Shown: positions 11,226-23,855, counted from the stretch's first letter. The stretch is DNA of 64,000 nt from Basidiobolus meristosporus CBS 931.73 (GCA_002104905.1 MCFE01000399.1:1-64000), one strand, 5' to 3'. Notes: generated by a model not told the origin, from the sequence alone. Numbers and translations: made by a program.

Positions 11226-14200
11226 ATGGCCAATCAAAAACGCCAAAGAAGCGACAGCGCGTCCGCAAGCAAGGACCACAAGAAGGATAAGAAGAAGTCC
11301 GAGAAGACCTCAAAGACCACCGCTTCCGATTCCTCAAAGCCCGCTGCAGCCACCATCGAAGACTTCCCAAGAGGAGGAAGTACCGGGCTTACTCCTTTAG
11401 AGTATAAAGATATCAGCAGACAAGTTAATCAGGATATTCTGTTCTCTGATACTACTACTGGACTCGAAGAGCCGCCCAGCAAGAAGGCCAAGGCCTCCAA
11501 AAAGGCCAAGAAGTCGAAACCCTCCAAAAATGAGGATGGAGACGACACAGAGGAGAAGCCCAAAAAGATCGAAAGCTTGAATTTCAAGCGTTTGGCTATC
11601 GGAACCCTTATGATGGGCGTTGTCACCCAGGTCAACGATCTCGATATTACTGTGTCTCTTCCCAATCACTTGATCGGTTTTGTCTCCATTACCGAGATTT
11701 CTGATGCCATCTCTGCCATGGTTGAGACAGCTGCTAAAGCCGAAGAAGATTCTGACGATGAGGAGATGGTCGATACAGCCCTCCCAAGCCTTAAGGAATT
11801 GTTCCAAATCGGACAATACGTTAATTGCTCAGTCACGAAGTTGGAGGGCGCGTCCGACAAAAGCGCCAAAGCCAAAAAGCGTATCGAGCTCAGCCTGAAC
11901 CCATCCATTGTTAATGCTGGTATTATGAAGGATGATTTGTGCGAGGGTATGATAGTTTCCGTGTCAGTTCAGAGTGTAGAGGATCATGGTTATTTGTTGT
12001 CAACGGGTGTTGACGGCGTGACCGGATTTCTTCACAAGAAAGACGCTGGAGACAAGTCCCTAGCTGTTGGCCAAGTTTTGCTTGGTGGTATCAAGAGTGT
12101 TTCTGAAAACAACAGAACCATCAACGTGACAATTGATTCGCAAGTGATGGCTAAGGCTGCACCCAGTCATACGTTGTCCAATATGTCTTCCTTGGTTCCT
12201 ACGACTCTGATTAATGGTATGGTCACTGCCATCAATCCTAACGGTCTAACTTGCAAGTTCATGGGCTTTTACGATGGTACCGTGGACCTCCACCACATCG
12301 GGCTCATCGTAGAGAATGAAGATGATATTTCAAAAGCTTTCAAGGTTGGTCAGAAGATCCGGGCTCGTATTCTTTACATGTCCCTTGGTGTCAACGAGAA
12401 AGTCATTGGGCTATCCCTATCTTCTCATGTCCTTTCTCTCTCTCAACCTGAGGTAACTGGATATGAGCTCGAGGACAACGTCAAGATGATCCCTATCGGT
12501 ACCATCTTCGAAAAAGTTACCGTCAGACGAGTTGATTCTGGACTCGGTATCTTGTGTGAGATTGATGGAGTGGAAGGTGTTGTTGGCCAGACCCACATCT
12601 CTCGTTTGTCTGACTCTCATGTCGCAAGCTTGAGTGGCCACACTGGGAAATACAAGGTGGGATCCAAGCACCCTGCCCGAGTTGTAGGCTACGATGCACT
12701 TGATGGCGTTTTGCAACTCAGTATGCAAAAGTCCGTTTTGGATGAGAAGTACCTGAATATTGACGACATCAAAGTTGGTGAAGTGATCAAGGGTAAGGTC
12801 CAAAAGCTCATCAATAATGGCATCCTAGTCGAGTTCAGCACCGCTATCAATGGATTTGTCCCAACCCTTCATATGTCCGATATCAAGCTTCTTCATCCTG
12901 AAAAGAAATTCAAATCTGGCGACAAAGTCAAGTGCAAGGTCCTGCACACTGATTCCAGCCAGAAGAAGGTGATCCTCACACTCAAGAAGTCCCTAGTGAA
13001 CTCTCAACTTCCCATCATCAAATCCTACAGCGACGCTACTCCTGGCGCTGTTACTCATGGTGTGATCACCTCCGTAAAGCCTTCTGGGTGTATTGTTACA
13101 TTCTTTAATAATGTCAAGGCTTTGGCACCACTTCCTGAGTTGAGCGACTCGTTCATCAAGGATCCCACGACTCACTTCAATGTTGGTCAGGTTGTTAAGT
13201 GTCGTGTATTGACAGTCGATCCGGAACGTGAGCAACTGCGGGTCAGTTTCAAATCTGAACCCACCAGTGTCGCCGCCAAGGAGGAGCGCAATACTGATAT
13301 GAGTGTCATTTCTCTTGGCGAAATTGTGTCCGGCAGAGTTACTTCTTTGTTGGAAGATGTAATTCATTTAGTCCTCGAACCCTCGAATATTCGCGCTACA
13401 CTTCCGGTCTCCCACCTGAGTGATCATCTTGGAGCTATCCTGAAGACTATTGTTGGCTCCATCAAGGTTGGTGACACTATCCAAGACATGGTTGTTTTCG
13501 CCAAGAATGAGCAAAAGAGTGTTGCTATGGTATCCAAGAAGCCGCTTTTGGTAAAGGCTGCCAAGGCCGGCAAGTGGCCTAAATCAGTCAGCGAGGTCTC
13601 TGTCGGGTCAATGATCCCTGGGTACGTACGCAATGTTACCGACTTTGCCGTGTTCGTTGGATTTCTTGGGGACTTCGGAGGTATTGCCTTCAAGAATAAT
13701 ATCTCCGATCAATTTGTTGCCGCTCCTGCCGATCATTTTTCACCCCAACAAACCGTTCTATGCAATGTCACTACTGTCAACGCCGAGGAAGGTCGAGTTG
13801 AACTCTCCTTGAAGCCTTCGCAAACTCCCGTCGATAAGACAACTTTCGCCAAGAATGGTGATTTCATCGAGGAGTACTTTGAGGAGCTTAATCAAGGACA
13901 TACTGAGCAATTCTCAAGCCCTGGCGAATTTGTACAAGGAAAGCTTCAACAGATGTTGCCTTACGGATGGATCATTGAGCTTGAGAATGGCATGTCAGGC
14001 TTTGTGACAAACGAGCATACCAAGGATGTCGCTGCCAAGGTTGGCGACGTCGTTGTCGGCAAAATTCTCGATGTCAATCCCGAGAAGAAGATTTACGATT
14101 TGACCCTTAGAAGTGAGCATGTCAGCGATGCTGACAAAGCCAAGCTTTCTGGTGATCTCAGCAAGAAGAAAAAGAGCGGAACCAGCAATATCATCAAGAA

Positions 14201-17120
14201 ATTGGAGACCATTAGCAAGGGAGCCAACCAGCTTGATTGCGTTGTTGAGCTCGTGAAGGAGGATTACCTTGTTCTTTCTCTTCCAAACAATAGCAATTTC
14301 ATTGCCTTCGCATCAACCAAATCTTATAACTACCGCGCGAAGCCGTTTATCCGTTATAAGCCTGGCCAATCCCTCAAGGCTGCAATTTGTAAGATCATCA
14401 AGGGTGCCAATCAACGTGTCTTGACAACAATTAGCCAAGAAGCACCCGTGAAGCCTGCTAAAGGAATCTTTGCTCGATTAGCCAAGGATCCTTTCGATAA
14501 GACTATCGAATCTTTCGATGACTATCAGCCAGGAAGAATTACTAAGGGTCAGGTGGCATCCATCAAGGAGATGCAAGTGAACATCAACTTGGCTGCTAAC
14601 ATCAAGGGAAGGGTCCATATTTCTGAGGTTTTCGACAAGTTCGCTGATATCAAGGATAAGGCTCATGTCTTCAAGAATCTTAAGCCTGGCTCTATAATCG
14701 ATGTCAAGGTCATAGGCTATCACGATGCCAAGACCCACAAGTATCTCCCCATCACTCATCGCACCTCTGCCGCTAAGACTGTTGTGGAGTTGACCATCAA
14801 GCCTAGTGAGATGAAGGTCCAAGACAAGCTAGAGGCTGACCGTCCTCAATTAGAGGAATTGAAGGTTGGTGCCAAGTTGACCGGGTTTGTTCAAAAGGCG
14901 CTTGATGATGGATTATGGATTTACGTCTCTCCTAACTTGCGTGGCCGTGTGCTCCCCATCTACACCTCCACCGATCTCGAGGTCGTACAGAATATTCCCA
15001 AGCACTTTACCACCGGAATGGCTGTGAGCTGCAACGTTCTCGGCATCAACTCGGAGAAGTATATCCTTGACCTTTCTCTCCTCGCAGAAACTAACAGTGC
15101 TGCTGACACATTTGAGGGTGTCAAACCCCAGAGCTCTCTGATTGGTCGTGTTGCCAGTGTTAAGCCTACTGGCCTTAACATCCAGCTGTCGAAGACCGTA
15201 TTTGGTCGGGTTGGTCTGACTGATATCGCTGATACTTATGTATCTGAGCCTCTGAAGGATTTCAAGAAGGACCAGTATGTTAGATGCTTTGTCCTTGCTG
15301 TGGATGCTCAGAACCACCAGATCGACCTTTCTTTAAGACCATCCTGCTTCGATCAATCCGTCAACGTCGTCGACAAGCAAATCCAAGGAGTCGAGGAAAT
15401 CGAAGTGAACAGCGTTATCCGTGGCTACATCAAGAATATCAATGACAATGGCTGTTTCGTAAGCTTGGGCCGCAACGTTGCTGGTCGTGTCAAGATTTCC
15501 GAAATCTCTGATGCATACGTCAAGGAATGGAAGACTGAAGTTAAAATTGGCCAGTTGGTCACTGCTCGCGTGCTAGCAGTTGACGCTGCCTCGAAACGTG
15601 TTGAGCTTTCGTTGAAGAAGTCACAGGTGGATCCCAACGTTGCCCCACTCCTAACCTTTGCTGATATTCAGGAAGGGGAGAAGATTAAGGGTTCCGTTAA
15701 GCGTATCGAAAGCTACGGTATCTTTATCAGAATTGAAGATAGCAACATCAGTGGCTTGTGCCACATCAGTGAAGTGTCCGACACCAAGGTCCAAGACCTT
15801 AACAAGCTTTACTCCGTTGGTGATCGTGTCAAGGCAGTCATTTTGAAGATCGACACTGAAAACAAGAAGGTATCCTTCGGACTTAAAGCCACCTATTTCA
15901 ATGACGACGACATGGAGTCTGAGAGCAGTGATGATGAAGAGTTGGAGGATTCTATGGATGTTGAGGACGAATCTGATGATGAAAATGAAGCTGGGGAAAG
16001 TCTTCTCGACCTTGAAGCTGAGGCTTCTGACGACGATGATGAGGATGAAGATGAGGACGAAGAAGAAATGGAAAGTGAGGACGATGCCAGCGAAGATGAT
16101 GACGAGGCAAGCGATGAAGAGGTGGATGCTATGGAGGTTGACTCTGTGTTGCCCGCATCTGGATTCAAATGGGACGAAGCCGAAGAAACCAAGGAGGAAA
16201 TGAACCTCAGTGACTCTGAAAACTCGGATGCCTCCGACGATGAGGCACAAAAGAAGAAGAAAAAGAAGAACCAGAAGGCGGAAACCGTTGATGTTACCGC
16301 TGAGCTTGGCCACTCTGCCCCCACTGTTGCAGCAGACTATGAACGACTTCTACTCGGCTCACCCAACTCATCCTACCTTTGGATTAACTATATGGCCTTC
16401 CAACTTCAATTGTCCGAAATCCAAAAGGCCCGTGAGATCGGAGAACGAGCCATCAAGGCAATTAACTTCCGTGAAGAACAGGAGAGAATGAACGTCTGGG
16501 TTGCCATGATGAACTTGGAAAACAAGTTTGGCACTCAGGAAACTCTTGAATCAGTGTTCCAACGCGCCGCCCAAGTATGTGAGCCCAAGAAAATTTATCT
16601 TCAACTGGTGCAAATCTATGAGCGCTCCGATAAAATGGACCTTGCCGAACAACTCTACAAGACCATTACCAAGAAGTTTAGTACCAGCTCCAAGGTTTGG
16701 ACCAACTTCGGTCTCTTCTACTTGAAGCAGGGTAAGGTAGACCTTGCTCGTGAGCTTCTTCAACGTAGTTTGAAGAGTTTGGCCAAGAGGAAGCATATCA
16801 AGACCATCACTAAATTCGCCCAACTTGAATTCAAGTATGGCGAGCCTGAGCGTGGCAGAACCATTTTCGAAGGTATCATGAGCAACTACCCCAAGCGTGT
16901 TGATCTCTGGTCCATCTATCTTGATATGGAGATTCGCGTAGGTGAACAGTCAATCATCCGTCGTCTCTTCCAGCGGGTCACTAGTCTGAAGCTTTCCTCC
17001 AAGAAGATGAAGTTCTTCTTCAAGAAGTGGCTAGCTTACGAGAAGAAATTCGGAGATGATAAGAGCGAAATGGAGGTCAAGCAGCGTGCTTTGGCTTATA
17101 TTGAATCCATCAGTTCCTAA
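11226..17120 (+). CDS. RRP5: rRNA biogenesis protein Rrp5 (tandem S1 domains, acidic tract, C-terminal HAT/TPR repeats)
   Basis: Single ORF of about 1,964 aa. DFPRGG N-terminal motif, many S1 repeats (e.g. GSVKRIESYGIFIRIEDSNISGLCHISE), D/E-rich linker, then ADYERLLLGSPNSSYLWINYMAF and KFAQLEFKYGEPERGRTIFE. Confidence 0.97.
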   Translation: MANQKRQRSDSASASKDHKKDKKKSEKTSKTTASDSSKPAAATIEDFPRGGSTGLTPLEYKDISRQVNQDILFSDTTTGLEEPPSKKAKASKKAKKSKPSKNEDGDDTEEKPKKIESLNFKRLAIGTLMMGVVTQVNDLDITVSLPNHLIGFVSITEISDAISAMVETAAKAEEDSDDEEMVDTALPSLKELFQIGQYVNCSVTKLEGASDKSAKAKKRIELSLNPSIVNAGIMKDDLCEGMIVSVSVQSVEDHGYLLSTGVDGVTGFLHKKDAGDKSLAVGQVLLGGIKSVSENNRTINVTIDSQVMAKAAPSHTLSNMSSLVPTTLINGMVTAINPNGLTCKFMGFYDGTVDLHHIGLIVENEDDISKAFKVGQKIRARILYMSLGVNEKVIGLSLSSHVLSLSQPEVTGYELEDNVKMIPIGTIFEKVTVRRVDSGLGILCEIDGVEGVVGQTHISRLSDSHVASLSGHTGKYKVGSKHPARVVGYDALDGVLQLSMQKSVLDEKYLNIDDIKVGEVIKGKVQKLINNGILVEFSTAINGFVPTLHMSDIKLLHPEKKFKSGDKVKCKVLHTDSSQKKVILTLKKSLVNSQLPIIKSYSDATPGAVTHGVITSVKPSGCIVTFFNNVKALAPLPELSDSFIKDPTTHFNVGQVVKCRVLTVDPEREQLRVSFKSEPTSVAAKEERNTDMSVISLGEIVSGRVTSLLEDVIHLVLEPSNIRATLPVSHLSDHLGAILKTIVGSIKVGDTIQDMVVFAKNEQKSVAMVSKKPLLVKAAKAGKWPKSVSEVSVGSMIPGYVRNVTDFAVFVGFLGDFGGIAFKNNISDQFVAAPADHFSPQQTVLCNVTTVNAEEGRVELSLKPSQTPVDKTTFAKNGDFIEEYFEELNQGHTEQFSSPGEFVQGKLQQMLPYGWIIELENGMSGFVTNEHTKDVAAKVGDVVVGKILDVNPEKKIYDLTLRSEHVSDADKAKLSGDLSKKKKSGTSNIIKKLETISKGANQLDCVVELVKEDYLVLSLPNNSNFIAFASTKSYNYRAKPFIRYKPGQSLKAAICKIIKGANQRVLTTISQEAPVKPAKGIFARLAKDPFDKTIESFDDYQPGRITKGQVASIKEMQVNINLAANIKGRVHISEVFDKFADIKDKAHVFKNLKPGSIIDVKVIGYHDAKTHKYLPITHRTSAAKTVVELTIKPSEMKVQDKLEADRPQLEELKVGAKLTGFVQKALDDGLWIYVSPNLRGRVLPIYTSTDLEVVQNIPKHFTTGMAVSCNVLGINSEKYILDLSLLAETNSAADTFEGVKPQSSLIGRVASVKPTGLNIQLSKTVFGRVGLTDIADTYVSEPLKDFKKDQYVRCFVLAVDAQNHQIDLSLRPSCFDQSVNVVDKQIQGVEEIEVNSVIRGYIKNINDNGCFVSLGRNVAGRVKISEISDAYVKEWKTEVKIGQLVTARVLAVDAASKRVELSLKKSQVDPNVAPLLTFADIQEGEKIKGSVKRIESYGIFIRIEDSNISGLCHISEVSDTKVQDLNKLYSVGDRVKAVILKIDTENKKVSFGLKATYFNDDDMESESSDDEELEDSMDVEDESDDENEAGESLLDLEAEASDDDDEDEDEDEEEMESEDDASEDDDEASDEEVDAMEVDSVLPASGFKWDEAEETKEEMNLSDSENSDASDDEAQKKKKKKNQKAETVDVTAELGHSAPTVAADYERLLLGSPNSSYLWINYMAFQLQLSEIQKAREIGERAIKAINFREEQERMNVWVAMMNLENKFGTQETLESVFQRAAQVCEPKKIYLQLVQIYERSDKMDLAEQLYKTITKKFSTSSKVWTNFGLFYLKQGKVDLARELLQRSLKSLAKRKHIKTITKFAQLEFKYGEPERGRTIFEGIMSNYPKRVDLWSIYLDMEIRVGEQSIIRRLFQRVTSLKLSSKKMKFFFKKWLAYEKKFGDDKSEMEVKQRALAYIESISS

Positions 17121-17671
17121 GTTTCATTCCCATCCCTTGCCTTATTGAAGTTACCCTCATTAAGCCTATGTCGATGGCATGTTAGAAATTAATTTATTAT
17201 CCTTTTAGATTCAATCCTGGTTTATCTTGGCTAAGGTCAGAAAACATTCTGCCTAAAATCTCCAAATGTCTCCTGTAAATTTTTCGCTAAGCTACCTTTC
17301 CCTATGCATTAATAAATGTTATCTCTATTACAAAACCAAGACAAATCGAGTTGCTGTCTAACCCTATCAGAATGACTAATAGCACAAGATGCATTTGAAT
17401 GGCTCCTGAATGTGTCCCATCGCTTAAAGGAGATGCGTTGGTATCGAATTAGTGATCTTGGATTTTGGAGGTTGCCAAATTAGAAATGAACGAGAGATCC
17501 CATTGGCCAACTGAAAAAATTATTTTATATTGCCCGACTTTATTGATTTGATTGTATTGAGCAAGCACTTAACATCAAGCGTTCGCCAACTCCTTGATAC
17601 ACAGCTTATTTTCTCTAAGCTCTTGGCTCTTGGTGCATCACGCGATCCCTTTCGCTTTCTGAGTTGTGATT

Positions 17672-19943
17672 ATGACCAACGAACTGAGTGATAAAGTAAC
17701 TGTTGTTTTTGCCTCCCAAACTGGCAATGCTGAGTCTATCGCTAGAAATATCTGCGATGAGGCGATTGCTCGGAACTTTTCCAGCAAGTGCATGGTGGCT
17801 GACGACCTTGACAAGGTTCTTACCTTGCCTCTCTCATGGACGATAGCCCGTGCGTGAATATGCTAACGCTCACTATACTTATAGGCCGCACTAGAGGCTG
17901 AGAATGTTTTGATCTTTGTGGTTTCCACAACTGGGGACGGCGACCCACCAGACAATTGTATCAAGTTCTGGAGACAGCTAAGAAAAATGAAGTCGGACAA
18001 TATTCTCCCCCACGTGCAGTATGCTATCCTAGGTATCAAAATATGGACGAAGGAGTACTTCTTGATATCACACTAATGCATGACAAAGGTCTAGGCGACA
18101 CAAACTATGACAACTTCTGCAACACTGCCAAACGGCTTGACCGTAAATTCCAAGAGGTTGGCGCGACACCTTTCTATCCTAGAGGGTTGGCCGACGATGC
18201 AACTGGGTATATAGTATATACAAACATATCGCCGATTCCCTACTAAACTAGTTTCTAGTCTTGAGGAGATTGTGGATCCATGGATCGAAGGGCTATGGGA
18301 TGCACTCGCTAAGGTTTGCAGCCGAGGAGGCCAGACTGATCGAGTCGACGAAATTGCGAATACCATGGATAGTATCAAAGTCGAATCCCACGGGCTCACT
18401 GCAGCTGAGACCGAAGAGCTTCAAAGTGGACACAAAATCATGATCAACGAGGGCGCACTAGCGAACCTTTCTCAATTGACTGGCTTGCCCCGCATTCCTA
18501 ACAGTGTATGCAAAATTGCAGATTCTGCAAAAGCTGAAGCTGTGAAAACCGAACATGGAATACCGGGATATATTAAGGTTCCTGGATCTGTGTTTACGGG
18601 AAAGATCAAAGGCGCGCGCATGTTGACCTCTCCTGACGCAATTAAAAGGACCATCCATCTTAGCGTAGATATCTCCGAATGCAGCAACGAGCTGGAGTAT
18701 GCTGCTGGTGATGCCTTTGGTATCGTCTGCCCCAACAATGAGCTTCTTGTCAATGGTATCCTTCAACGCCTGGGTGTTTCCGAAGAAGAGTCAAATCAGA
18801 TAGTTGACATTGAGCCACTCACTGAGAGTACCACTCTTCCCACTCATCTTCAAGGCATCCAAGGGGCAACCATTGCCGATATCTTCAGATATGTCACCGA
18901 TTTAACTAGTCTTCCCAAAAAGGGTTTCTTGAGAATGCTCGCAGAACATACGAGCGACGAAACTGAAAAGAAGCTTCTTCTTCTGCTGTCCAGCAAACAA
19001 GGTGCTTCGGATTTCAACTCGCTCAAGGAGCAGATGCCCACGTTGCTAGACATTCTTTCCACCTTTCCTTCTTGCAAGCCTCCGTTGGCTCGTCTGATAG
19101 AAAACCTGCCACCTCATCAGCCCAGATATTACTCGGTGTCGAACTCCCCTCTAAAGCACCCCAAGCTTCTCAACTTCGCTTTCAATATAGTTAAGTACTC
19201 CTCTCCAGAACCTTTTAATGTTCCAAAGGTTGGTGTATGTACTCCTTGGCTCGACGACCTCTCGGGACTTGTGCAAACCAAAGAAGACAACGAAATCCAA
19301 CCCTCTATGCGCGCATCCATTCCGCTGTTTTTAAAGAAATCCCAAACGCCATTCGTTCTCCCATCGAATACCAATACTCCAATCATCATGGTTGGGCCAG
19401 GCACTGGTGTAGCACCATTTGTTGGATTCTGTCAGCATCGCGATGAACAAAGAAAAATCAAAGCTCGTATGGGAACTTTGGGCAGAAATCCATCACTCGA
19501 TATTGAAAATTGCTTCGGGGAGATGTGGCTATTTTACGGATGTAGACACAAAGAAAGAGACTATCTTTATCGCAAAGAGCTCGAAGACTTGAAGACGCGT
19601 GGTGTGCTCAAGGAGCTTGTTGTTTGCTTTAGCAGAGAGGCCGAAGACGGTGAGCCCAAATATGTCCAGGACAACCTTAGAAAATATGGCGAAGAAATCT
19701 ACAAGCTTATGGCTGAGAAGAATGCTTACTTTTACCTATGCGGTGATGCGAAGAACATGGCCAAAGGAGTCAACGAGGCGCTTACAGATATTCTCTGTGA
19801 GTATGGGGGTCTGGCTAAAATGGAAGCTATTGGCAAACTTGGCGAGTGGACCGCTGAAGGCAGGATTTTCAGAGACCTCGTAAGTTCCCCAAGCATTTAA
19901 TTTGTTCAACTTGACGTACTGAACTCTTTTCCAGTGGGCGTAG
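17672..19943 (+). CDS. MTRR: Methionine synthase reductase (diflavin flavodoxin/FAD/NADPH reductase); multi-exon
   Basis: Spliced flavodoxin domain ASQTGNAESIA...STTGDGDPPDN...LGLGDTNYDNFCNTAKRLD...ADDATGLEEIVDPWIEGLW closely parallels MTRR rather than CPR or NDOR1. Also PRYYSVSNS, GVCTPWL, MVGPGTGVAPF and YLCGDAKNMAK. A last intron gives the terminal RDL|WA* (stop 19941-19943). Confidence 0.88.
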
Positions 19944-20664
19944 AATCTCGTATCCAGGTAGAGGTGGCGAATGAGCAGACGCTCTTTTTGCATAGAGCAT
20001 GGTATCATAACCGAACAGCATGCATACGAAGTATATTTATAACGATCAATCCACATTTCAGTGCAAGTTTACCACACCAGCATCAATTGAATAAATCAGC
20101 GACATTCTGTTTAACCACGGCTGTATAGCTTGAATACATTTGATGTGAGCGTCTCCAAAGCCCATATCTATCTCTTGATCGTTGCCCCAGTGATATTGAC
20201 CTCATCGGTTTGATATTTGTATAGAATGAGTCTTCCTACATCTGATTCGTGGGAATATTCACTCTTGCTTAATGCTAAATCTCGACTGTGCCAACCAATG
20301 CTGTTCTGGTTACCATCGGTATTCAACATTTCTATGACCTCATTACCGTTGATCCTGATCTGTGATGTTACCGTATTTTGTCTGGCCAATCAAGCACTGA
20401 GGGCTTTTCGAGAATTGAAATATATCTTATCTATATGAGGTAGCTGGGACTGTCACGAGAGTCATTGATTGCATGATCCTGGAGATTAGTTCTAATATGG
20501 AATTTTTCTTTTTCCACAACGTCGAATTTTTTATCGAGTACAACTCATATTTCGGCAACCTGTCCTTGACCATTACCATCCGTACTTTGCTCGCTAATTT
20601 TCGAGGCTGTAGATAATTTACACCTTGATTTTCTTTCTATTCTATATCCGCACATATCGAGGTA

Positions 20665-22231
20665 ATGTCGCACTTAGCCCCCAAAAATCTCTTGAAGAAA
20701 GCAGTCAAGAGTTCCAGTCGCGCCTCCAGCAGAGCCTCCAGTCGTGCTACTACACCAGCTGGCAGCCGCCACGCTTCCGATTTTGAAGACGACGGATTTT
20801 CAGAGGCCTCGGACTCTACTTTAGATTCCCTTGCAAGCTTTCAGGATGATCTAACTATCATCGACTATGGTGACGAATTAAAAAGAAGCATTGAAGAACT
20901 ATCGGAGAAACGAACCTCGTAATCAGCCTAAGCTCTTACATCTTTCCGAACTTTTCTAAATTGACGTACCCTAGCACGCGCGAAGCTGCCCTGTTAAGAC
21001 TCGCCAAACTTCTGAGTCACAAATACTTGGAGGAGGATCTACTCCTACAGCGTAGTACCATTTTAGATGCTCTTAGAAAATGCGTTAAAAAATCCGGCAG
21101 TATTCAGGAGAAGATATTATCTGTCAAAGGTATTTCATACTTTTATTGGAAGTCTATTAATAGCCTCTAACTTGATTTGTGCAATAACAGTTGTCGCCCT
21201 TTGCTTTATTACTCTTGGCGCGGATGAGGAGAGCGCGTATAAGGAGTTTGCACCTATCTTGAAGACTATCGTCTCTAATGTCACGGACGGTGACATCCTA
21301 TCTGCAGTAAGTAGCACCTGTCAGGGTGCTCTTTGAAGCATATTAACAATGCTTTGCTAGGTGATCAATTGTCTGGCGATGATATGCTTTGTTTCCAGCT
21401 CAGATGAGCAAGAGACACTTTTGCTTATGGACATGTTTACCACAGTTTTTAAAGATTCGCGTCAAATGCCTCAAGCTGTAGTGAGTGCTGTTAATGCGCA
21501 TGGCTTATTGTTCACTACCCTTGATGGGCCACGTATTACCCGTGATATCTTTGACAGGTGCGTATTTCTGTTTAACATTCCGCCTTTTTCAGTCACTAAT
21601 CAGGTCATTTAGTACGATGCCAATCTTGACCCGTTTACTTGAGTCCTCATCCATGGAGCTGCGTGTTGCTAGTGGAGAAAACATCGCCATGATGATTGAG
21701 GTCCTGAGTAGCGACCCAGTAAGTAGCATTATGGTGATACTGACCACTCCATTAGTTGTATGAACTCAAATACTTTGACAGGATTCGCCGTTTAGATACG
21801 ACAGAATGGATAATCTCCTCATTTCATTGAACATGCTAGCTACCGATAGCAGTAAACGCCGTTCTAAGAAGGATCGTTCCACTCAAAGGTCCGCGTTTCG
21901 AGATATCGTGAATTCGATCGAGGAAGACGAGGCTCCCGAGGTAAAGCTTAAATTCCACGGAGAGGTAATTACCTTTAACGGCTGGAGCGAAATTAAACAG
22001 CTCAACGCTTTCCGTGAAGCGCTTGCCGAAGGGCTTCATGTACATTTCCAATACAACGAGCTTCTACACGATATTTTCCAAGTTTCGTTCTCACCAGATA
22101 TGGATAGCGAAGACTATCGTCCCCCTAGCTATGTCGTATCACAGAATTCGGAGATTTCTAAGCAGAGATCCCAAGACAAGAATAGACAGCGCCAACAGCG
22201 TAGTAGACACATCGGGCTTTATGAAGATTAG
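20665..22231 (+). CDS. Interferon-related developmental regulator (IFRD)-family protein; multi-exon
   Basis: N-terminal SRASSRASSRATTP, IEELSEKRTSTREAAL, and the C-terminal LATDSSKRRSKKDRSTQRSAFRDI...LKFHGE...W....LNAFREALAEGLHVHFQYNELLHDIF pattern of IFRD proteins. Confidence 0.82.
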
Positions 22232-22496
22232 ATATCTCCTCGGCATCGCACACTGATTCCTGGACATACTCATGGTTAATGTCCATTTTTGATGTGCAAA
22301 CCGTTGACATCCCATTCTAAGCTCTCTCTTTCCCCTGCGTTTGTTCATAAAATAAATATTGTAAGTAGATCTGATGCGTGAGTAGCACAACACTGGTTGA
22401 CTCGGAAGCTTGCTTGTATCACAAAATGGATGATTTATTGAATGTGTTGATGGTGGAAAGGGATTTTACATAGATGCATATATCAATGTGAAGAGG

Positions 22497-22914
22497 CTAG
22501 TGAGCATCCTCACGCTTGCTAATGTAATCTATGGCATGGCTGACTGTCTTGATCTCGTCGGCGTCTTTGTCGGGGATTTCAACAGAGAATTCTTCTTCAA
22601 TAGCCATAACAACCTCGACAGTATCAAGGCTATCAAGACCAAGGTCCTTGTTGAAGTGGGATTGGGCGTTCAACTAAACAAACCGGTCAATAGAGAATAC
22701 TACCAAACAGAATGCCAATAGAGGTTACCTTGCTTTGATCAACTTTGTCGTAACCTCTCAAAACATCCAAGATTCTGCTCTCGATATCGGAGTGAGAAAG
22801 GGCGCCTGCGGAGTAGAAGCGAGAAAAACCATAGATTGTGGGGTAGGCAGTTCTAATGGCGTTAGAAGCCACAAGGGAGCGAGCAACAGGGCGGAGAGCG
22901 GTAAATCCAAGCAT
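22497..22914 (-). CDS. ACP1: Mitochondrial acyl carrier protein (NDUFAB1/ACP1); 2 exons
   Basis: Arg/Ser-rich presequence from ATG 22914. Exon 2 encodes [39 protein letters not shown], with the phosphopantetheine DSL serine. Confidence 0.95.
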
Positions 22915-23855
22915 GATTTAGAACAAGGTGAGAGGTGAAACAAGCGTTGGCCCAATTCCTTCCTCTTGCACATAAATCCCTCCCCCGCTCAAAAATTTGA
23001 TTATCTCCAGGTTTTTTGGGGAATTGGTGTGCTCGCCTCTGATTTGACCATTTTGCGATCACCCATTTGAGATTATCACCCCGCATTGTGCAGACATGTA
23101 ATCATTACTCATATAGCCAACTGATCCTATAGGTTTAAACGTCGCTTGCCTTAACCAGGATGCCGAGTTTATCAATCAATGCTCAACACAGATTGCTGAC
23201 ACTACCGTTATGTAGATGGCATCAATCTCGTTTTCAGTCTGGCTGGATACTGTTGTCTTCGCCCATGCCCTTCTGTCCGTGATGGTCAAGGGTTACACCA
23301 ACGAACAACCTCTTTTGATGACATGAGGGTGAACGTAATCTACCAATGCTAGTGGGATTAGTATGATTTCTTGGAAATGGATTAAACTTTTGACTGGCGT
23401 TTGAATTCCATCATTAATCTGGCGAAAATATCAGATTTTGCCTAGTCGATACAGTATAGCACAATGCCCTAGCATAGAGTGCTACAAGCATCCCTTATAT
23501 CACCACCCGTGTTCCCTCTTTCCTCCCTTTTAAGACTCCCTTCCACGTCCAGGCAAACAGTTAATCTCTTCTAAAGCGCAAGTCCACTATACAAAGGTAA
23601 AGAATGGTTGAGCCTCGGCACTAGCAATGCGCATGTTCCCGCTAACTCTTCATTCTCATATACGTGCCGCGACCGCATTAGGTGGCCTTTCTTACCTTTT
23701 TAGTCAAGTATATGCGATTTAAGTTGCTTTCACTCAACTAGGTGAGAATAGTTTTCTTATTTGGGGTTTTGACTCGTAGTAGAGGTTAGACGGGGATTTT
23801 GGTTTGAGCTAATATTCGCGACCAATTCCATTTCTACATAGAACCACTTGAAGCA

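Noticed and set aside
11397-16823. Many antisense and alternate-frame ORFs over RRP5 (similarly over NTH1, SEC23, BRO1 and the His-brace gene)
   Set aside because: These are shadow ORFs produced by codon bias and low-complexity tracts of the real gene.
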